Assembly: GCA_025450755.1 (NCBI GenBank)
Contig: JANWLR010000088.1
Span: 4,988 to 68,987 of the forward strand
Reading direction: 5' to 3'
DNA length: 64,000 nt
Source of the DNA: Sphingomicrobium sp.
Lineage (GTDB): Bacteria; Pseudomonadota; Alphaproteobacteria; Sphingomonadales; Sphingomonadaceae
In this document: one piece after another, positions 59,418-64,000 of the stretch
How the letters are laid out: every line of letters begins with the position of its first letter
How positions within the stretch are numbered: position 1 is the stretch's first letter
The notes under the pieces: generated by a model
The model's input: the letters and a program-made list of their open reading frames with translations, nothing else
Told to the model about the DNA's origin: nothing
The model's database searches: none
Position numbers and translations under genes: made by a program

Positions 59418-62078
59418 ATGACGACCTTACGCGCGCTGACCCTGGGTCTTCTCGCTTCCACTGCAATTGCAACGCCGGCTCTGGCCCGAAATGCTCAGCC
59501 GCAGACGACGGGAAAATCTCCCGCACCGGGGACGAACGCGACCGATGTCACTGCTCCGCCAGCGCCGGTGCAGCAGGCGCAGGCCAATGCGAACGTTCCT
59601 GACCAGACAGAAATCATCATCACCGCGACGAAGCGCGAGGAGAACGTCCAGAACGTTCCAATCAACGTCATCGCAATAGGCACGCGTCGCCTCGACCAGC
59701 TCAACATCTCGAACTTCGAAGATTACACTAAGCAGCTGCCTTCGGTGGCTTATTTGACGACGCAGCCGGGCCAAACGACGGTTTACATGCGCGGGGTTTC
59801 GTCGGCGGGCGGGACAAACGCCGAAGGCAACCACTCGGGCCCGTTGCCGCAGGTCGGCACATATTTGGACGAGCAACCGGTTACGACGATCGGCGGGACG
59901 CTCGACATCCATATTTACGACGTAGCCCGAATTGAAAGTTTGTCCGGGCCGCAAGGCACTCTTTACGGTGCCTCGAGCGAAGCCGGTACGATCCGACTCA
60001 TCACGAACAAGCCCGAGCTGGGCATCACCACCGGCCGGATCGACGGCGAAATCAATGCAGTCGATCACGGTAGTGTCGGCGGCAAGCTTGAGGGGATGAT
60101 CAATCTTCCGATCGCGCCGAAAATCGCATTCCGGGCGGTCGCCTTCTATGAACGCGACGCCGGCTATATCGACAATATTTTCGGGTCGCGAACCTATTAC
60201 GTTTATGCTGCGAACAGCCTGTACGGTCCTGGACTAAATGCAGCTGGCAACCCGGTTACACCTGTAACCGTGACCAACGCTGGGCTGGAGAAGAACAACT
60301 TCAATACCACCGACGTGTACGGGGGCCGTGCGGCGCTCAAGGTCGATCTCGACGACAATTGGACCGCGACGCCGACCTTCATGTACCAGAAGACCAAGTC
60401 CGAGGGCGTCTTCTTCTACGATCCGAAACTCGGCGATCTGAAGATCGACCGCTTCCGACCCGAGCCTTTCAGAGACCGTTTCTGGCAAGCGGCCCTGACG
60501 GTTCAGGGCAAGATCGCCAACTTCGACGTGACCTATGCCGGCGCCTACATGGACCGTCCGAACTCAGGCGAAAATGATTACGCCGACTACACCGACGCCT
60601 ACGACCGCAATTATTCGGCGTCCGGGGGCCTTCTCTATTTCTACTACCAGGATGCAGCAGGAAACCAGCTGCCCAATCCGCAGCAGTACATCCGGTTCAC
60701 CAACCACTTCAAAAAGATGAGCCACGAGCTCCGCATCGCGTCGCCGGCGGACAAGCCGTTCCGGGTCATCGCGGGCGCCTTCTATCAACACCAATCGAAT
60801 TTCATCCACCAGGATTATATCGTGGATGGCCTGGCGCCCGATCTTTCGGTCAACGGCTTTCCGGGGACGCTGTGGTTGACACAGCAGAAGCGCGTTGACC
60901 GCGATTATGCGCTTTTCGGCGAAGCGAGCTGGGATATTGTGCCCAAGCTCACACTGACTGCAGGCGGGCGGCTATTCCGGTATGACAACAGCTTGATCGG
61001 ATTTTTTGGCTTCGGGCGAAATCCCGGTCCCTTGGGAGACTTTACCGGTAGCCCGCCGAATGCTGCGGGGAGCAACCGCACGGGTGTCGCGCAATGCTGG
61101 ACGGTCAGCGGCCAGCGCTTGTACGACAGAGACACGGATACTTACGCCACTAACCTTACGTTCGTTCCACCCGTTGTCCCGGGCAGCCCATGCACGGACT
61201 TGGGCGACTTTGTGAACGGAAAGGTCGTTCCGAAGCACGCCAAAGGAAGCGGCTTCACGCACCGCCTGAACTTGCAGTGGAAGCCCCAAGCAAATCTGAT
61301 GTTTTACGCGACATGGTCGCGGGGCTTCCGACCCGGCGGCCTCAACCGGCGCGATATCCCGGCGTATGATCCTGACTTTCTCACCAATTACGAAATCGGC
61401 TGGAAGACCAGCTTTGGGCCGCTGCGCTGGAATGGTGATATATTCCACGAAGTTTGGAAGAAATTCCAATTCGCTTTCCTGGGTGCGAACAGCTTGACCG
61501 AGATCCACAACGGCAAGGACGCTCGGATCAACGGCCTCGAAACCGATCTTAGCTACGCGCATGGCGGCCTCACGCTCAATGCCGCAGCCGCCTACACGGA
61601 CGCCAAGACCAAAGGCACCATCTGCACGAATGCCGATGACACGACACCGGACTGTTCGGCGCCGGGCGATTTCCCGTCCGTGCCAAGCGGAACCAGGCTT
61701 CCGATCACGCCCAAGTTCAAGGCGACTGGAACTGCGCGATATAGTTGGCCAGCATGGGCCGACGTAAATGCGCATGTCCAGGGATCGGCCACTTATCGCG
61801 GCTCCGCCCCTTCGTCGCTTAGGACTGCAATCGCGCTGACGGGCAGTGGCGAGATTCTCAATCCCAATGATTTCCAGGGCAGGTTGAGGTCGTCGACACT
61901 TGTGGACTTCTTCGCTGGTCTCGACTGGCCGAAATGGAATATCGAGGCGTTCGTCACGAACGTCTTCGATGTGCGGGACGACATCAGCCGTCAAACAGCC
62001 TGTGCGAGCTGCACGCGGGCACTGGTGGTGCCCGGTCGCCCACGGACCATCGGCTTGCGCGCGGGGATGAAGTTCTAG
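59418..62078 (+). CDS. TonB-dependent receptor
   Basis: Signal peptide; EIIITATKRE; GPQGTLYG; GFRPGG; C-terminal PRTIGLRAGMKF. Confidence 0.93.
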   Translation: MTTLRALTLGLLASTAIATPALARNAQPQTTGKSPAPGTNATDVTAPPAPVQQAQANANVPDQTEIIITATKREENVQNVPINVIAIGTRRLDQLNISNFEDYTKQLPSVAYLTTQPGQTTVYMRGVSSAGGTNAEGNHSGPLPQVGTYLDEQPVTTIGGTLDIHIYDVARIESLSGPQGTLYGASSEAGTIRLITNKPELGITTGRIDGEINAVDHGSVGGKLEGMINLPIAPKIAFRAVAFYERDAGYIDNIFGSRTYYVYAANSLYGPGLNAAGNPVTPVTVTNAGLEKNNFNTTDVYGGRAALKVDLDDNWTATPTFMYQKTKSEGVFFYDPKLGDLKIDRFRPEPFRDRFWQAALTVQGKIANFDVTYAGAYMDRPNSGENDYADYTDAYDRNYSASGGLLYFYYQDAAGNQLPNPQQYIRFTNHFKKMSHELRIASPADKPFRVIAGAFYQHQSNFIHQDYIVDGLAPDLSVNGFPGTLWLTQQKRVDRDYALFGEASWDIVPKLTLTAGGRLFRYDNSLIGFFGFGRNPGPLGDFTGSPPNAAGSNRTGVAQCWTVSGQRLYDRDTDTYATNLTFVPPVVPGSPCTDLGDFVNGKVVPKHAKGSGFTHRLNLQWKPQANLMFYATWSRGFRPGGLNRRDIPAYDPDFLTNYEIGWKTSFGPLRWNGDIFHEVWKKFQFAFLGANSLTEIHNGKDARINGLETDLSYAHGGLTLNAAAAYTDAKTKGTICTNADDTTPDCSAPGDFPSVPSGTRLPITPKFKATGTARYSWPAWADVNAHVQGSATYRGSAPSSLRTAIALTGSGEILNPNDFQGRLRSSTLVDFFAGLDWPKWNIEAFVTNVFDVRDDISRQTACASCTRALVVPGRPRTIGLRAGMKF

Positions 62079-62112
62079 CAACGCGCGTCGCGCTTCGCCG
62101 TTGAAACGCTTC

Positions 62113-62745
62113 ATGATATACGAGGCGCGGCCGCGCAGACCGCACTGGCCCCTGGTTGCTGCAATCGTGACGCTCGCCGGCACTTGGCTGGCGATGCTGC
62201 TGCTTGGTCGCGGGCCTCTCGATCGGATGATCTATGAAGCGTTCTACGCGGGGCACAGGCCGGCGCTCATAGTCATTGCGCGCATCTTTACGTTTCTCGG
62301 CGAGCCGACCGTGCTGATCGCGGCGGGATTCCTGTTCGCGGCCTGGCTGTGGCGGGAGGGCCGTGGGCGCCTTGGATTTGCGCTATTTGTCGTCATCATG
62401 CTCGGGCGGGGGCTCAGCGAGGTCCAGAAATATTGGATCGCTCGGTCACGCCCCGACATCGAACCGCATCTCGTCGCCGTGAAGACCCCATCCTTCCCCA
62501 GTGGGCACGCGGCCAGCTCGATGGTCTTCTATCTTACCCTTGCGCTGGTTTTGACCGCTGGAACGCGATGGCAGCGACCATCGGTGATCGCCGCTGCGCT
62601 GCTGTCGCTATTGATAGGGATTAGCCGCGTGATGCTCGGCGTCCATTGGCCGAGCGACGTGGTCGGCGGTTGGGCGTTCGGAATGGTGTGGGTGCTGGTG
62701 ACGCTCAAGCCTGCGGAACGCCTGTTCCAGGCGGATTCTGGGTGA
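62113..62745 (+). CDS. PAP2 family phosphatase
   Basis: KYWIARSRP, SFPSGHA, SRVMLGVHWPSDV. Confidence 0.9.
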   Translation: MIYEARPRRPHWPLVAAIVTLAGTWLAMLLLGRGPLDRMIYEAFYAGHRPALIVIARIFTFLGEPTVLIAAGFLFAAWLWREGRGRLGFALFVVIMLGRGLSEVQKYWIARSRPDIEPHLVAVKTPSFPSGHAASSMVFYLTLALVLTAGTRWQRPSVIAAALLSLLIGISRVMLGVHWPSDVVGGWAFGMVWVLVTLKPAERLFQADSG

Positions 62746-62791
62746 ACAGCAATTGCTGCTATATCCCGCAAGGTAATTGGGGAGGGCCATC

Positions 62792-62980
62792 ATGACGAAG
62801 CCGTTCACGATGATCGCAGCGTTGATCTTCTTCGCAATGGCGCTGATTCATCTCTACCGCATCTTCACGCATTTCCAGATCGTTGTCGGAAGCCACGTCA
62901 TCCCGCAGTGGTGCAGCTATTTTGGGCTGGTCATTCCGGCGCTGCTTGGAATCCTGCTGATTCGCGAAAGCCGGAGCTGA
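62792..62980 (+). CDS. Small two-TM membrane protein
   Basis: GGAGG RBS; MTKPFTMIAALIFFAMALIHLYR... Confidence 0.7.
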   Translation: MTKPFTMIAALIFFAMALIHLYRIFTHFQIVVGSHVIPQWCSYFGLVIPALLGILLIRESRS

Positions 62981-62984
62981 CGTT

Positions 62985-64000
62985 TCAAACATTGAAGCGG
63001 AACAGCATCACGTCGCCGTCCTGAACGACATAGTCCTTGCCTTCGGAGCGGAGCTTTCCTGCGTCGCGCGCCCCGGCCTCGCCGCCGAACTTGATGTAAT
63101 CGTCGTAGGCGATCGTCTCGGCGCGGATGAATCCCCGTTCGAAGTCCGTGTGGATCTCGCCCGCCGCCTCGGGCGCCCTGGCACCTCTGTGCACTGTCCA
63201 TGCACGAGATTCTTTTGGGCCGGCCGTATAGAAGGTGATGAGGCCGAGCAGCGCATAAGCCGCGTGGATCATGCGGTTAAGTCCGGTCTCGTGAAGACCA
63301 AGGTCGGCTAGGAAGGCCTCGCGTTCGTCGGCGGGCAGGGTCGCGATCTCGGCTTCGATTGCTGCGGAAATGACCACTGCCCGAGCACTCTCCGCTGCAG
63401 CTTTCCTGAAGACCTGCTCCGACAACGCATTGCCTTCTGCGGCGTCGGCCTCATCGACGTTACAGACGTAAAGCACCGGCTTGGCAGTAAGCAGCTGGGC
63501 GCGGTTCAGTGCCTTGGCCTCCTCCACGTCCTTCGGTTGGACCAGGCGAGCGGGTTTCGACGCGCGCAGCAGGTCGAGCGCCTGACCGAGAACTGATACC
63601 TCGATCTTGGCTTCCTTGTCGCCCTGCTGCGCTTTCTTGACGAGGTTCGGAACGCGTCGTTCAAGCGATTCCAGGTCCGCAAGCATCAGCTCGGTCTCGA
63701 CCGTCTCGGCGTCGGCAGCCGGATCGACGCGCCCCTCGACATGGGTGACGTCGCCGCCTTCAAAGCAGCGAAGCACGTGGACGATCGCGTCGACTTCGCG
63801 AATGTTGGCGAGGAACTGGTTGCCGAGGCCCTCGCCCTGTGATGCGCCCCGAACGAGGCCGGCGATGTCGACGAACTCGATCTGCGTCTCGATTTCCTGT
63901 GCGGACTTGGCAATTGCGGCGATCTGGTCGAGGCGCGGATCGGGAACGGCGACGCGGCCGACGTTCGGCTCGATCGTGCAGAACGGATAGTTGGCTGCCT
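62985..64000 (-). CDS. ychF: Redox-regulated ATPase YchF (5' truncated by window)
   Basis: [13 protein letters not shown] at the window edge; [13 protein letters not shown]; [11 protein letters not shown]. Confidence 0.95.
   Translation of the reverse strand, partial: AANYPFCTIEPNVGRVAVPDPRLDQIAAIAKSAQEIETQIEFVDIAGLVRGASQGEGLGNQFLANIREVDAIVHVLRCFEGGDVTHVEGRVDPAADAETVETELMLADLESLERRVPNLVKKAQQGDKEAKIEVSVLGQALDLLRASKPARLVQPKDVEEAKALNRAQLLTAKPVLYVCNVDEADAAEGNALSEQVFRKAAAESARAVVISAAIEAEIATLPADEREAFLADLGLHETGLNRMIHAAYALLGLITFYTAGPKESRAWTVHRGARAPEAAGEIHTDFERGFIRAETIAYDDYIKFGGEAGARDAGKLRSEGKDYVVQDGDVMLFRFNV

Overview
GC-rich alphaproteobacterial chromosome segment, most likely a sphingomonad (inferred from gene content and protein style). 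Mostly housekeeping and metabolic genes: aromatic aminotransferase with fused E1 and E2 2-oxoacid dehydrogenase, an MBOAT/SGNH O-acylation pair, argR-argCJBFG with convergent argH, tRNA-Arg(CCG), a PHA locus (PhaC-like hydrolase, phaR, phaZ), thiolase, topoisomerase IB, PfpI, TamAB, glnA, petABC, TPR-sulfotransferase with a TonB-dependent receptor, and partial ychF. Main items for a second look: (1) a 2.3-kb integrase-less islet at tRNA-Arg bounded by a 23-bp att duplication, carrying an IS110 fragment and a modular CAP/PR-1 gene between two same-orientation degenerate palindromic repeats; (2) a nucleotidyltransferase plus metallophosphoesterase pair behind an EcfG-type promoter; (3) a 16-aa ORF whose leader is a 15-nt perfect complement of the 16S rRNA 3' end; (4) an ArgR-controlled, apparently mosaic arginine operon with tandem ARG boxes; (5) a possible tyrosine-sulfation module. 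All calls come from reading the sequence and motifs; no searches were run.
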